Origin: Cycas panzhihuaensis
Taxonomy: Eukaryota; Plantae; Cycadophyta
DNA length: 64,000 nt
NCBI GenBank assembly: GCA_023213395.1
Contig: CM041465.1
Coordinates: 122,333,741 to 122,397,740, forward strand
Direction: 5' to 3'
In this document: piece by piece, positions 1-13,800 of the stretch
Layout: each line of letters starts with the position of its first letter
Position numbering within the stretch: position 1 is the first letter of the stretch
Translations under genes and position numbers: made by a program
The notes under the pieces: model-generated
Told to the model about the DNA's origin: nothing
Database searches by the model: none
The model's input: the letters and a program-made list of their open reading frames with translations, nothing else

Positions 1-1362
1 TCACTTTGACTAATTAAATCTCATCCAAAACAATCTCAAATTTTACAAATAATGATTCTACACTATATCACTCTAAAATACAATCATAATGGAACCAGTT
101 TCATTGAAATTTGATATGCCAATGAGGAGATATAACAAAAAACGTGACAAAATCTCTTTGAAGAAAAAATACAAAGGAAACTTTTAACAAAATAGATTAG
201 CCCCTTAATGAGCTAAGCCTGAGGGCACATGGAGGTCAATATGACCATTAGTTGGGGACCTAAGGGAGCTTTAGAATTTAAAGAACTATGAAAAGGAGCT
301 AATTTCTTTTAAAACCAAAAGTAATTAAAAATAATTTATAAAATTTTAGGTTCAAGCCCCTTTTTTGCCAAAGACCAAGGTCATATAGGGTGTCAAAGTG
401 ATCAAAATTGAGCTAAAGGTAATGAATTCCAATCAATATACAATACAATTAATTTTTTATTAACTTTATAACTTAATACAAATAAAATTTAAATTTAAAT
501 AAAACAAGGTAGCTTCTATGACTTTCTTGACATCTACAACAAAATGTAGACATAAGATCAATCCAAAATGATCAAAGATTCTTGCAGATGCTTATGAGAT
601 ATGAGGGGGACTCAGATATGATGGTAACAATGGATTTAGAGAAGAAATCTAACTAGAAAATAGCCTCAAAAATGAGTTTTTTGCTCACAGACTTGGAGGA
701 GGGTGCACAAGCACTAAGAGATTTTGGAGCCTTGAAGACACTTCAAACGTTCATCAAACTCCATAAAATCATAAAGGGAGGGGTGCTATACATAGAGGGA
801 GGTCTTGGAACATATGGTACTATGAATGATGCTTTGGTTTCTGAGAACGAATCTGCCAAAATCTGAGTGTCTTCATAGACCATGTGAAGAGGAACAAAGC
901 TATATATAGCCCTAAACAGCCTCAAAATTTCTTTGTCAAGCATTAAAAGTGGGTGCAAGGCTCTTACAAATGCCAGTGAAGTTCCAGCAAGAAAAATAAT
1001 TTAGATTTACTTAAAAAACATGAAATAAATAGAGAGAGGTGAAGGCTCATAGAGAGATATCTCACTAATGAATGGACAAAAAAATAAATGGTCTTCACTA
1101 CTAGGTGGAGCACTTAGACATGATCAAAATGAGTAGTCATATGGCATAGTTCTGATCATTCTATAAGAAGTAGGAGTGAGATGAATATAGGTGATCAAGA
1201 GAGAACTAGGACATCAAATCACATACAAAGACATATAAAAAAAATAACAATGTAATTAATAATTTTATAAGATAAAACTTTAATATTCCATAATGTAATA
1301 TCATATACATACCATACGACATAAAACGATATCTGTGAATCTCACATAGAAGTCAAGATGGA

Positions 1363-1757
1363 ACTCTGATACCAAATGAAGGATGTTTGAGGTGCAGAGC
1401 ATGACCATTAACTTGGCAAGTGCATTGTATCTCAACTTGAGTTAATATCTCTAATTGATTCAAGAGTGGTGTTGAAAAATACTAAGGAGGTATTCCCACC
1501 ACTTTTATAAGTGAATTTTGGGAGGCAGCATGTGCCTCAACCTGACATGTCAAAATTCAAATTAGTATTAAAAAATAATATGCAATAAATAAGCACATAC
1601 CTTAATAGTGATCCGTTGACTTCTTAGGTGGCTTGTGGTAGCTGTTATATGGCCCAAGGTGCCCAAGGGAGCCCTAATAGTGGCTTTGAGGGGCCCTAGG
1701 TACATGATAGCAAAAGTATGTTGGAATATTATCCCAAAAGTCTTCATTGGTGTTACA
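1363..1757 (-). mobile_element. 5' LTR (about 1377-1757) and tRNA-iMet PBS of an LTR retrotransposon whose non-coding internal region (1-1362) runs off the left edge
   Basis: actctgatacca (reverse complement of TGGTATCAGAGt) at about 1363-1374, then aa and TGAAGG. The other end ggtgttaca (TGTAACACC on minus) at 1757 abuts and truncates a copia RT frame. No partner LTR in the window. Confidence 0.55.
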
Positions 1758-3505
1758 CAACGGTTGTAGTCTTTTATTTTGAATTTCCTTAGCAAATTCC
1801 TGATATACTTATTTTTCAGTATGGTGATTAAGTCATTCTTCTATTTTACTTCTATACTAAGATAATAACATGGAAGTCCTAAGTCAGTCATTTCAAATCT
1901 CTTTTCTAGTCAAGTTTTTATGATTGTAGTGGACTCTATATCACTACCTACAAGAATCATGTCATCTATGTAAACAACAGTTATGGTGATCAATTCTTTA
2001 TTGATATTTTCATATAAACTAAGATCTAATTCATATCTTTGAAAATTATTTTGTATGAGGTATTTATCTAATTTAGCATACTAGCATCTTAGAGCTTGCT
2101 TTTACCTATATAGGGCCATTTTTAATCTGTAAACAAGATGTTCTTAACTATTTTGAATATATCCCTCTAGATGCTACATATATACTTCTTCTTCCAGGTC
2201 TCCATTTAAAAAGGCACTCTTTATGTCAAGTTGGAAGATTTTCCAATTTTATTATGCTACTAAGGTGATAACTATTCTCTTAGTATTCAACATTGCTACT
2301 AGAGAGAAGGTTTCATCATAATATATTCCTCTAATTTGGGTGTGCCCTTTGGCCACCAATCTTGCCTTGTATTTCTCTATTTTTCTGTCAAAATTTTCTT
2401 TTACCTTGTACAACTATTTATAATTGACAATTGTCTTATTAATATATGGTTCAACTAATTTCCATATTTTATTTTTAGAAATAGCTACCATTTCAATATC
2501 CATTGTTGATTTCTATTCATTGTGCTATCTTGCTTCCTCATATAATTAAGGTTCAGTTGAGCAAAATAGTGCCTAATGTTTCTAGGATCTAGTTCTATGA
2601 TTAAACACATCACCTTTTTTCTCTTTAGTTACCTTAAGATACCATTGAGGTATCTTTTTAGAAGTTGTCCTAATTTCCTCTTCTTCCTCAGGACTTATTT
2701 CTCTGATGGATGAAGGATCACTTTCAGGACATTCTTCTTCTATTTCTATGTCCTTAAATGTAATTCTTAAAATTTCCTTAGGTGAAAGAACAACCATAGG
2801 GGCTCCTTTAGAAGATACTTCAATTTCTTGATTTTCAATAATATCTTATTCATAAAAGATAATATCTCTACTTACATAGACTTTATTTATTTTGGGGTCT
2901 ATGCATTTATATACCTTAGAGATCTTACTTTAGCCTATCATTATGTATTTTATACTCTTGTAATCAAGTTTAGTCCTTTTCTTATCAAGAATATGTATAA
3001 AATCTTGACATCTAAAAGTTTTAAGATTACTTACATTAGGCTTATATCCTGTCCATGCTTCTTTAGGAGTTACCTTGTTTAAGGCTTGAGTTAGACTTCT
3101 ATTTATTAAATAAACTACTGTGTTTATATCTTCTACCTAATATGCCTTTGAACCTACCTATCCTAAATTAAAATATGAGTTGTTTCCATGACGATTATAT
3201 TTATTTATTTAGCTATAGCATTTGATTGAGGTGTGTAGGGAGTGGTTCTTTGTCAGCATATTCCATGAGTTCTGTAATAATACTAAAATTTTTCTGATGT
3301 GTATTCTTCTTGACCATCATACCTGATACATTTTAATTTATTATAACTTTTCAACTTAGCTTAAGTTTTAAATTCTTTGAATTTATTAAATGTCTCTAAC
3401 TTTTTATATAGAAAGTATACCTAGACCTTTCTAGAGAAATCATCAATAAATGTAAGAAAATGCCAAGATCCTCCTCATCTCATGATTTTCACATGGGTCT
3501 ATCAA
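1758..3505 (-). pseudogene. Decayed Ty1/copia pol fragment (integrase to reverse transcriptase)
   Basis: Minus-strand translation gives GSWHFLTFIDDFSRK (integrase, about 3430-3470), KYKARLVAKG (about 2350-2380), FLNGDLEEEVY (about 2180-2210) and FEMTDLG (about 1880-1900), with many stops. Confidence 0.85.
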
Positions 3506-3509
3506 CTTT

Positions 3510-4270
3510 ACCTCCACAAAACTTATATTTCTATGTTTAGGATTTATAGTTTATACTCTTTGTAGAGTGATAGTTTATCTCATTCTAGAGTGGTGCCCCC
3601 AGCATATGATGGAGGCTAACTAAGATAGTTATCTAAAATAGAAGAAAATAAGGCATCAGATTTACTATTAAAAATGTGTGGGATGTGTTGAATGATGACC
3701 AAAGAGAATAAGAATATCGATAGTGAATCTTGATGAAAAATAATAAGTGTCTAAGAAGAACAAATCTGGTAAACACTAACCAATTAATAGACAATGACTT
3801 GTGAGCCAGAATAAATGGTAATGGGACCATGATAAAACTATAAAATCTCAGATAAAGCTCTTATAATAACATAATACTTGACTTTATTATTAGTTTCCCT
3901 TAGTAAAAATAAATTAGCAGATGAAGAAAGATTCTCTGATTAATCATATATCACCCATGTAATAATAGATGGTCCTAGATTATCTCTACTATATCAACCA
4001 GTGAATATATTTAGTGTTATGGGAGAAATAGGAACTAGAATATGGAGATGAGTGATCGATAAAGGATAGTTGTAGGAATCAATTAGTGAGGAGTTGGTAA
4101 TGGATGATAGCAAAATGGTTTTAATTACATGAAGAAAAAGGTAAAATTATAACTAGGATAATAATTGAACATAAAGAGATGCCAACTAGGTTTCAATCAT
4201 AACTAAGGCCATGGTGGATCCATGTAGCTAAATCAAAAAATCTTGATTGACCCACCCAAATGAACTTTAC
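3510..4270 (-). pseudogene. Highly degenerate Ty3/gypsy RNaseH-integrase junction fragment
   Basis: Weak resemblance by eye to the integrase N-terminal region of the gypsy copies at 36300-36720 and 53700-54200. Confidence 0.3.
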
Positions 4271-5049
4271 CTATAATAAATATAGGTGGGAACAAAGTCA
4301 TCACGTGGCTTGCCCCAAATAACAAGAGGATGGTAAAGATTAAACAACACTTTTTCTTTTGTATTTTTTTTAAATACTTTTTTTTTTCTTTTTTGATTTA
4401 AAAAAAAAAAAATTTTAACTTTTTAACATTTACAAGAGAAAGACTATTATAATCATCTAATTATAAAGTACCCCTTCTCGCTGCAGTAAGGATTAGTCCT
4501 TTTTAATAAAACCAAGATGGAGTAAAAATATATGAACTTCTCAAAGATTGAACTGTAGGGAATGGAAATGAAATCCAAATTACAAAGTCTCCAAATATGA
4601 TAGGGAAGGTGGCAAAATGAGTATTCACCTTAGAAGTATAAATAAAGAAAACTGAGGATTATGAATGAAAGAAAGTAGGTGATATATAAACAAAGAGGAA
4701 CCTCTATAATAAAAGATAAAGATGAAAAGCCCAACCAAACAACTTGTATACTAACTGAAGTCGATGACATAAATCTCATCTTGTATATAACTATCAAGGA
4801 TGAAGCTAGGGGCTAAAGTTCTCTTTTAAATTTGATACTTAAAAGAGAAGAGATAGTAAAGGATACCAACATTAAAAGAAGAATTCCATAATGCCTATGA
4901 CTAAGAGAGGGTAGTATTCTTATATAGTTGATAGAACATTACTTAATAGAAGTATAAGGAGATTGAAAAGATCAAAGAAGTGATTAAAATGAAAATTGTC
5001 CATTGTTTTATCTCATTAGAAAATATGATTTTTGAAGCCATAATTTATC

Positions 5050-8000
5050 CTCATTACAAATACTTAATGTCATTAGGTATAAAACATCATTAGAAATTAT
5101 GAATTAACCAATTTTTTAAATTCTAAACTGTCTAATACAAAAATTTTGTAAGTGCTATTTTCTAAATCTTTGTTGATCAACTAGGGTCTTTTCCATTTTG
5201 GGAAGAATTTTCACTACTTGTTATGAAGGTACTCTAACTTCAATACTTTATCACTCGTACAAAATTTCCTAAGTCTAAGTTATTTATCATGAGTAGCTTG
5301 AATTATAGCTTTAGAGGCCAAATTATTTTGTAATGCAATTAAATGGGCTTCATCTACCTTCTTGAGTTCTAAAAGATATGCTTCTCTCTAAAACTCTTCA
5401 TGAATAAACTCTTTTAATGAAACACACAATGAAGAGATTTCAACTTCTAGAGGAAGGATTGCTTCAACACCATATACCAAGGAAAGAAGCTTCCTACTAA
5501 TAGCATTTCTAATTGAAGTTTGGTATGTCCATAGGATAAGAAATAATTGAGTATTCCAATTATGGTGTAAGTTTGTTATGGTCTTGTCTAGAATCTTAGT
5601 TAGGGTTTTATTAAATACTTTAACTTGACCATTTACTTGGGGGTGGTATAGGGTTGACAATCTATGTGTAACATGGAATTTATAACATAGTTCACTAATA
5701 TATAGATTACAAAATGAAGTACCATTATTAGTAATAATAGCATTAAGAACCCCAAATCTATAAATAATATATTTAAAGATAAAGGTAACAATAATTTTAC
5801 CTATGGTCAATACTAATAGAATAGTCTCACTCCATTTAGTAGAATATTTCATAGCATTAATGATAAATTTATGCCCATTAGATGATGTAGGAAAGATTTG
5901 CATAATGAGTTCCATACCCCATTAAGAAAAGTGCTAAAGAGACACTATAGACTTTAGGTATTGTGTGGTCTTGTGAATTAATGTGGTATGTGATTGGTAT
6001 TTCTCATAATTATGAACGTAGACATGTGCATCTTTAAATAGTGAAGGCCAATAGTATCCCATATGAAGGATATATTGAGCGATAGATTAATTATGAAAGT
6101 GACCACCACATATTCCATCATAACATTCCATTAGGGTAGTAAGAGCTTCATCAAAAGAAAGATATCTAAATAGAATCTCATCAAAGGAACATTTATAAAT
6201 AACATCATTAAGTAAGAGGTAATGTCAGGTGCCAACCCAAATTCTTCTTCTCTTCTTTGAAGTGGAGGAAGAAGGAAGGATTGACCATGTAAATAAGATT
6301 TAATCTCTCTATACCAAGGATCTTTCAAAGAAACAACCTAAATCTAGAGGATATATCCATAAAAAAGCCTATCATCTATGCCTTGATTATTATGATTTGG
6401 CAGTGGAGCATTAACCATCATCTCGATAACAACCAGTTATTTCTTTGATTTATGATTAACAATCTAAAAATTAAATTCTTATAATAATAATGACCATTTT
6501 CCCAAACATCTGGTAAGATTTATCTTGATTAATAGATATTTAATAAGATCTAATTAAATGAAAAGAAGGATCATATTGCCAAGGAGATAATGACATAGCT
6601 TCTTGGTAATAAAGACCAAGGAAAGGCACTCTTTCTTAGTAGAAGGATAGTGAAATTCCACTACAATTAAAGTTCTACTAATAAAGTAGATAGCTCATTC
6701 CTTCCTAAAATCATCTTCATGAGCTAACATGCTAGCCAACAACTCTTTAGTAGATGAGATATATAAAATGAAAGGATTACAAAATATGGAAGGAGTGAGG
6801 ATAGGAGTCGAAACCAATGCTCGTTTTAACTTGTCAAAGGACTCCTAGGCCTAAGGAGTCCGTTCAAGAGAAACTTCTTTCTTTAAGAGATTTATAAGGG
6901 GCTTAACATCTAAAGCAAAATTAGTAATAAAATGCCTGAGGAACCCAATTCTTTGTAAGAAAGATTTAACTTGCTTTTTACATCTGTGGGGAAGGTATTT
7001 CTATGATAGCCTTGACCTTATTAGGGTCAACTCTAATTCCATTATGTCAAATAATATTTCTCAACATCCTACTATATGTGACTACAAAAGTACATTTGGT
7101 GGGATTCAAACATATGTGATATTTATAACATTTCTTAAAGATATTACTTTTGTAAGATTTGACCTACTTTAAGTGAAAAGGAAGACAAAGTAGCCTTAGC
7201 TTTGGATGATAAATCTAGATGCTTATATAATAAGAACTTTCTTTCATGTTTATTAAGCCATGTGATGAAGACAAGTGACTGAAGAAAGGAGGCTTTCATA
7301 GGAAGAGGTACAATGCGTGAAGGTAAAATTATTTGTTAAGGTAGAAGAGCGATTACCATAGGGCCAACCAGGATACCTCTAGCTAAAGGTAGATGTAATA
7401 CTTGTGAAAAGTGACATTTGTTTAAAAGTGGAAGATTAGAATTGGTTACTTACATAATAGAGGACTATTCATAAGAATGATTATAATCTTGTAATTCTTC
7501 CTTAGGAAAAATAAGAATAGAGATAAGAGATCTAAATGCTTGAATAGGATCAATGTGATGGGGCAAATAAGGGGAACCCAGTTTAAAAGAGATAATTTCA
7601 ACCATGTCCATACCTTTAACTTGACCCTAAGACGGAGGAGGAGTTTTAATGGCAAAATATTATCTTAAGCCTAAGGATTAAAAGAAATATTCAAAAGAAC
7701 TTAAAGATTTACTAGGTTTAAAAATAATTTCAATAAGAGATACTGATTATTTAATTGGCTTGGGTTTACATTTAACAATATTTAATTTTCCATTGTAAAT
7801 GAATAAGAGCTCACCAAAAAGTGATAAATACACAACATCCATTCAGGTAATCCAAGGCCTATCCAAAAGGATATTATACTCTAAATCTAGATCAATAATA
7901 GTCGATTCAATAGACACCATTTTTCCTTTCAATGTGAGAGGCAAAGTAACTTGTTTAAGGAGAATTTTTTAGTCCTTATCGTACCCTTAACAAATCCATT

Positions 8001-10878
8001 CATAAGAGTTAAAGATTAAAATCTCTAAATCCTCAACCAAGCAAAGAGAAATAATATTAATAAATAAACCTTCATCAATAATGATGCATTGGATGCTTAT
8101 ATCATCTTTGATAATTTCAATGTTAAAAAAGGGGATATGTCATTAAGAGCATGCTTAGCTTAAACTAGCAAAGTACTAAGATCAAAAGAGAGGTTAAAAC
8201 CAGATGAGATGATAGGAATAGGGACTCCTAAAGAATCAAATAAGAGCTAACATTACTCAAGGTAATATTTTAACAGGTTAATGACTAATATCCTAGTAGG
8301 AATAGTCTTTCAACTCTTCAACCAAAGAGAATGATCCATCTGTTAAACTAGAGGGAATGGACCAAAACTTGATGGGACAAGGAAGAACTAGTGATAAAGA
8401 GTTAGGGTTTTTGGTTAATAAATCATCAGGTGATTTGGTAGGACCTTAGCTCCTTATAATCTCAACCATATTAATGGTTTTCTTGATCTTTCCACCTTTA
8501 GAAGATGGGTAAATTTGATTATTAGTACACTTCAATGTGGGATTAGAAGGAATAATTGGTTTCTTTGATGGATTGGGTTTTAAACTTTTACCTTCGCCAC
8601 TTTCTATTTACTTTGCTTTACCTTTCATCTTATTTTTCTCCTCTTTATCCTAATGTTGAGGTAATGGATCCTTATGCACTAATTGATCTTGGATTAATTT
8701 GGAAGTTTAGTTTGTTTAATTTGTGAATCTTTGATTCATTACCTAAACTACATGACATCTACTTCTATCATGAGTGTTTATCTAGTGAAAGGAGTACCAT
8801 TGAGTCTTCCTCATAAGAGGAGAAGGTAGAAGTGGATTTTATCATCTTCTTCCTTTTGCAAGATGGATTACTTTAGCCTCTTAGTCAGGAGGGTTAGAAG
8901 TAGAATTATCAATGTGTAGTTTTATATTAATAGCCTTCTCTAATGATTTAATTAATGATGTCAAAGGATTATAAGTTGATTTAAGATGTGAAGATTTAGA
9001 TGCTTGAGTCAGTTCTTTAGAAGGAATCGATTTACCAACCTTTTTAATGCTCACTCAGATCTTAAAGGTTTCCAAGGTGAGGCACCTATCTATGACTTCC
9101 TCATAGGTTTGAGGGAAAATTTTGAGAACCTCAAGATGGACATGAGGTCTTAAAGCATTAGTAAATAAATAAAAAAAAAAGCCTAGAATCTAGTTGAGAA
9201 TGGCATGCATAGACTTAATCTTGAAACCTTCTTACAAAGTCTCTCAAAGTTTTATCATGGTTTTGTTTAATTGTTAGCAATGATTTTATACCTAATTCAA
9301 ATGGCCTTGGCACATCAAAATAACTAATAAAATAATTAACCAGTTGTTAGAAGGAATGGATATAGGCAGAGGGAAAGTAGTAGAACCACTTCAAAGTGTC
9401 ACCTTAAATTGATTTTGGAAAGAGACACATCATCACATAATCATATGGCATAAAATTAGTGCATACCAATACAAATGCCTGAGTGTGAGATGCAGGTTCT
9501 TGGGAAGATTCACTAGAAAAGTTTGGAAGTTCAGGCCAAAAAGGTGGCATAGGTGATAAGAGGATCTCTTATGGGAAAGGGGACCTCATATAATCTAAAA
9601 AAGGTTTTCTCAACCTCAACATTGAAGAAATTAAAGTAAAGATAAGGCATAAGGAACTGGGGAAGTGATGCCATGTTGTTCATAAGGAACATAATAGGTT
9701 TGAAGAGGTTGTGAGGGGTTAAACCATGTTGATGGGTTAAGCATTGAGTTAGTTTTGGATATAGGATAATAAAGAAACATAAAATTATAAAAATAGATAG
9801 AAGTATGTTGAGAGAAGGGTCTAGGGATATGAGATGAAAAAGAAGGATTTATTGGTCTAGTGGTTTAAGATTAATTGAATATAATATAAGGGAGGGAGGT
9901 TTGAATATTATAAGTGGGATTAAGAGGTGGAATAAGGTTAGATGGTTTGGGAGGAGACAGTGGGGAGCTAACATTTTGAGGGATAACTCTTTAAGTAACC
10001 ACTTGTTGATGAGCTTGAGTAGGAAAATTAATATAATGTGAAGAAGTTGGTTTTTCAAAATAGAAATAAGTTGGTCTAGGGATGGAGGATGATAGACTAA
10101 GATAATAAGAGGTAGAAACATAAGAGGAAGTAGGATTTTCTTGAATGGGTGCTTGAGAAGGTCCCTCGTGTAAAAGAAGTAACATGAGGAGGACAATCTT
10201 GCTCATGTAACAAGGGAGATAAAGCACAAGGTTGGGAATGAATGGATCTAGTATGTCCAATCTCTTTTAAGTGGGAAGAAGATGGTCTTAGTGTAGAAGG
10301 ATGGGATGGTAAAGAAAATTACATTGTCTTGAGAGTATTAGAGGACGCAACCTATATTGACTCATACTCCCCATAGAGTGGATCAAACTAATGATGTTGT
10401 AAATAGGTGGATATTGTATGAATCTTGGGATGAAAAGGATCATGACAAATAGGTATATGGATTGGAGAATGAATTTTTATGAGGATCAACTTAAGTTAGG
10501 GTAAAGGTACTTAGATAAATTGGGCCTTCTCTTGAATAGAGGAAGAGACAGGTAGGGAGGTATCTCTGGCATAATGAGAGGGTATCTTAGGATACCATTA
10601 TTTGATAAGGGCTTCATATAATTCGTCAAATTCTTTAGGGAGATAGAGGTAAGTATCATAAGCTTGGTGCTTAAAAGGATGTACATGGGTTGATGAAACT
10701 TCTTAAGTTAGATGAAGATGTTTAGGCTCAAAGTTAGAGGGGAGACCTTAATGGCTTAATAACGTTCTATGTTGAGATAGAGGTGTGATCTCCTTGTAGA
10801 AGAAGGTCCAGTAATAAAGAAATAAGAATGTATGACTAATGATCAAAATCAAATGGAAACTCCCTAGTATGGTCACCA
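5050..10878 (-). pseudogene. Decayed Tat/Ogre-like Ty3/gypsy gag-pol with internal deletions, plus tRNA-Arg-like PBS
   Basis: ORF 5388-5915 (SSNGHKFII..YSTKWSE..YRFGV..IITNNG..YHPQVNGQ..LVYGVEAILPLE) is a Tat/Ogre-type integrase. RT C-terminus LNPTKCTF at about 7090-7120, protease IIDEG near 8070-8085, gag at about 9100-9600. PBS tggtgaccatactaggga (10861-10878, minus) resembles the Arg-type TGGCGACT PBS. Confidence 0.75.
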
Positions 10879-10884
10879 AAAAAA

Positions 10885-13800
10885 TGGTTCATTTAAAACT
10901 CATCTAAGTTGATTATCTCTCAAGAATTTTGTGTTTCTTCTTTGTTTTAATAGAATGGTGGAAGATATATCAACCTATAAATGTCTTAGCACCATTTTTA
11001 ACCAACTCCTAAGAAAGAGTCTCTACTTATTTGTGTTTTTGTATTATGAGATAGATGGAAAGGTATCAGGCTAGAATGTATAATGTCAATGAAAGATTAA
11101 CTAGCCTACATAAATAAGAGAGGAGATTTGAGTTTAGGAGATATACTAACAATGTTTTTATTTTGGGTCTTTCCTTTATCTCTTTTAACCTTTTAGGTTT
11201 ACTTAATGATGGAAATATGGCTACAATTATACAATCATTTATTCCTAAGACAAACTTTGTATAAAAGAAAGCAAATAAAACTAAAAGAGAAACCACAACT
11301 TTTTCTTCTTCTTTTTTTTGAAAGGAAAGTTTTTAAACTAAAATAATCCAAAGAGATCAAAAGAATTTTTTTTTGTCTTTTCAACAAGTTTTGCTTCTAA
11401 GTGAAAGAAAGATAAAATAAACTTTGCAAAAGAAACTTACATACATACCGAAATAGTGAAGATTGATTGCATGAGAAACTTCTTGTAGCTTCTTGTAGGT
11501 CCTTCTTCTTGCATGTTTGATTTTGATGAAGTTTATGATTTCTATAACCATGAAAAAGTTTCTAATAAGGAGCATGAACTACAAAATATAGCATGCAAGG
11601 CTAAAGATTAATACACAAATTCAAATTAAGTTGTGTGATCCATGAGAAACTTAAACATGAAAGCATGGAGTGAATTAACATTTATTCTAGTAACATATAA
11701 CCATGAAATTGATAAATTTATTTCATTCTTTGTAAGAAAGAAGAAACAAAGAGGATATGAAAAATATATATTACTATTCTTTTGCAAGAAGAGATGATAA
11801 AGAAGAATTAAGGAAACTATTAGAAAATGCAACTGAAGCAAACAAGGTCAACATGACCTTTCACATCAGGCAAATAATAAGCAGAAGCAGATCGCATGGG
11901 ACACCAGATTGCCATGGAAAACCCTTACGGGTAAAAACCCACAAATGAATAATATTTACATTATGACAAAATGATATGTTATAAAGATGGACTTTGATCT
12001 ATATTTATATATCTAAAGTGCCAAATATAATTACAAATATATCCATTAGGTCACCACAATCAAGGATATTCCTTTACATAATTAGGCATAAAACTAGGAG
12101 GCCCACTTTACATTAGGTGGTATGGAAACATTTTATAACATCCCCTCTTATTGTAAATGTGGAGCAACAAGGATTATCATTGGGAATAAATCCCCTCTCA
12201 AGGATAACCTTACTCAACCCAATATGCATGAACATCGATGTAGCGATCTTCACTCGGATGTAATGGTGCCATGCCTCATATGTGCTCAATTCTTTGGACA
12301 TGCTCCAACATACTTGCAACCATATAACTATCTCTGCACCTGACACTTCATCCATTCAACTTAGCCATACTCCTCTAACTAAACCAAGAGGTTGATCCAC
12401 TTGAGACATGTGAATCACCTCTTCAAGTCTTTGTTAAGGAACACTGATATGATACCCAACTATCTATAGCTGCTAGAGTAAGAATCAAATAGAGCAAAAA
12501 CAACATAGAGACTAGTGCAAATGTCTCATCATACCTCAATCCTTCTTCTTGCCAGACATCTTGTACAACAAGCTTACCAACTTGCAATATGACCAAGTTC
12601 TTTACTTCAATATAGCTCTCCATCGTGAATCTGTACTCACTGGAACATTGGTATCTATCTCAAGTTTTGACTAGCATGTTAATCCATGATCTTCCATCAT
12701 CCTACAAGTCTTCAATTGTTAATGGAATATGGGGTTGCAATCCATGTCTACTCAACTAATAGCTCCTCATCATTAATCTATCATTAGGTCCTGCTTCCAT
12801 CTTACGTATAATGTTAGCCAAACAAACCTCCACACCTGTTGAATAATGACATGGAAAAGTGAAGCAATAAAGAATAAAACTTGTAACCAAATGATACTCA
12901 ACATGATACATCAACAACTCTATAACTGAACATCTAAACTAATCACAATGTATTTCCTCTACATATCACACTATTTATAAGCTAAATAACCCATATGCTT
13001 CAAATGCTTGCAATCCTGTTGCTACAATCTTTGTTTAAGATGTGTGCACTCTAATGCACCAAGGGAAACAACTGGAAGGCTTATGACTTGGTCCAAACAC
13101 AAAACAAGAGGGGGAAATATGCCATGAATAGTCACAACCATGGGTACTCATACCTGTTCGCTACATTTTTTTCCATCAAACTATGGGAGGAAAACCTTAA
13201 CATGCACAAAACCTCACCATTTGCATCATGATATTCACCTATAATGCAACCTTATAGGCCAACTATACATACCATGACAAAGGCATAATTGATTTTAAGG
13301 TATCTCATCTTAGACCTTTCCATCCACACTTAAATTTCAATAAACAATATGTCTCAGTTCTACATCAAACTTGTTCAGATATACATCCATGTTAAACCAG
13401 CATCAAAATAGGCCACAAACCTCATGCTAACATTAGTCTAACTAATCAAAGTATAATGGTCCAAAATGACAACCATACAAGTAAATTCTAAACTTCATCA
13501 CCTCATACACATCTAATGCAACTAAACTCGAATATAACCATGAATAAATCACTCTTTTTACATAGAATCAATCACTTATTTCACTAAATAATCACATAAA
13601 TCACGAACTTTGTGCAATGATCTATGCCACACTTAAACAGTAATAGAGTTTGTATTAAGTTATAATGAAGGTATCTCACTTAAACTTCGTCTATTCTTGT
13701 CTTCATACTCCCCCTTAAAACCTGTCCAACTTGCCCATCGAACTTACCTAATTCAACCCTAACTCTCACCATTAAAACCATCCCAACATACACCCAAAAA

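Noticed and set aside
9849-10686. Several Pro/Ser/Leu-rich ORFs as an Ogre ORF1 or novel gene
   Set aside because: Low-complexity, frameshifted region upstream of gag; cannot be assigned without a profile search.
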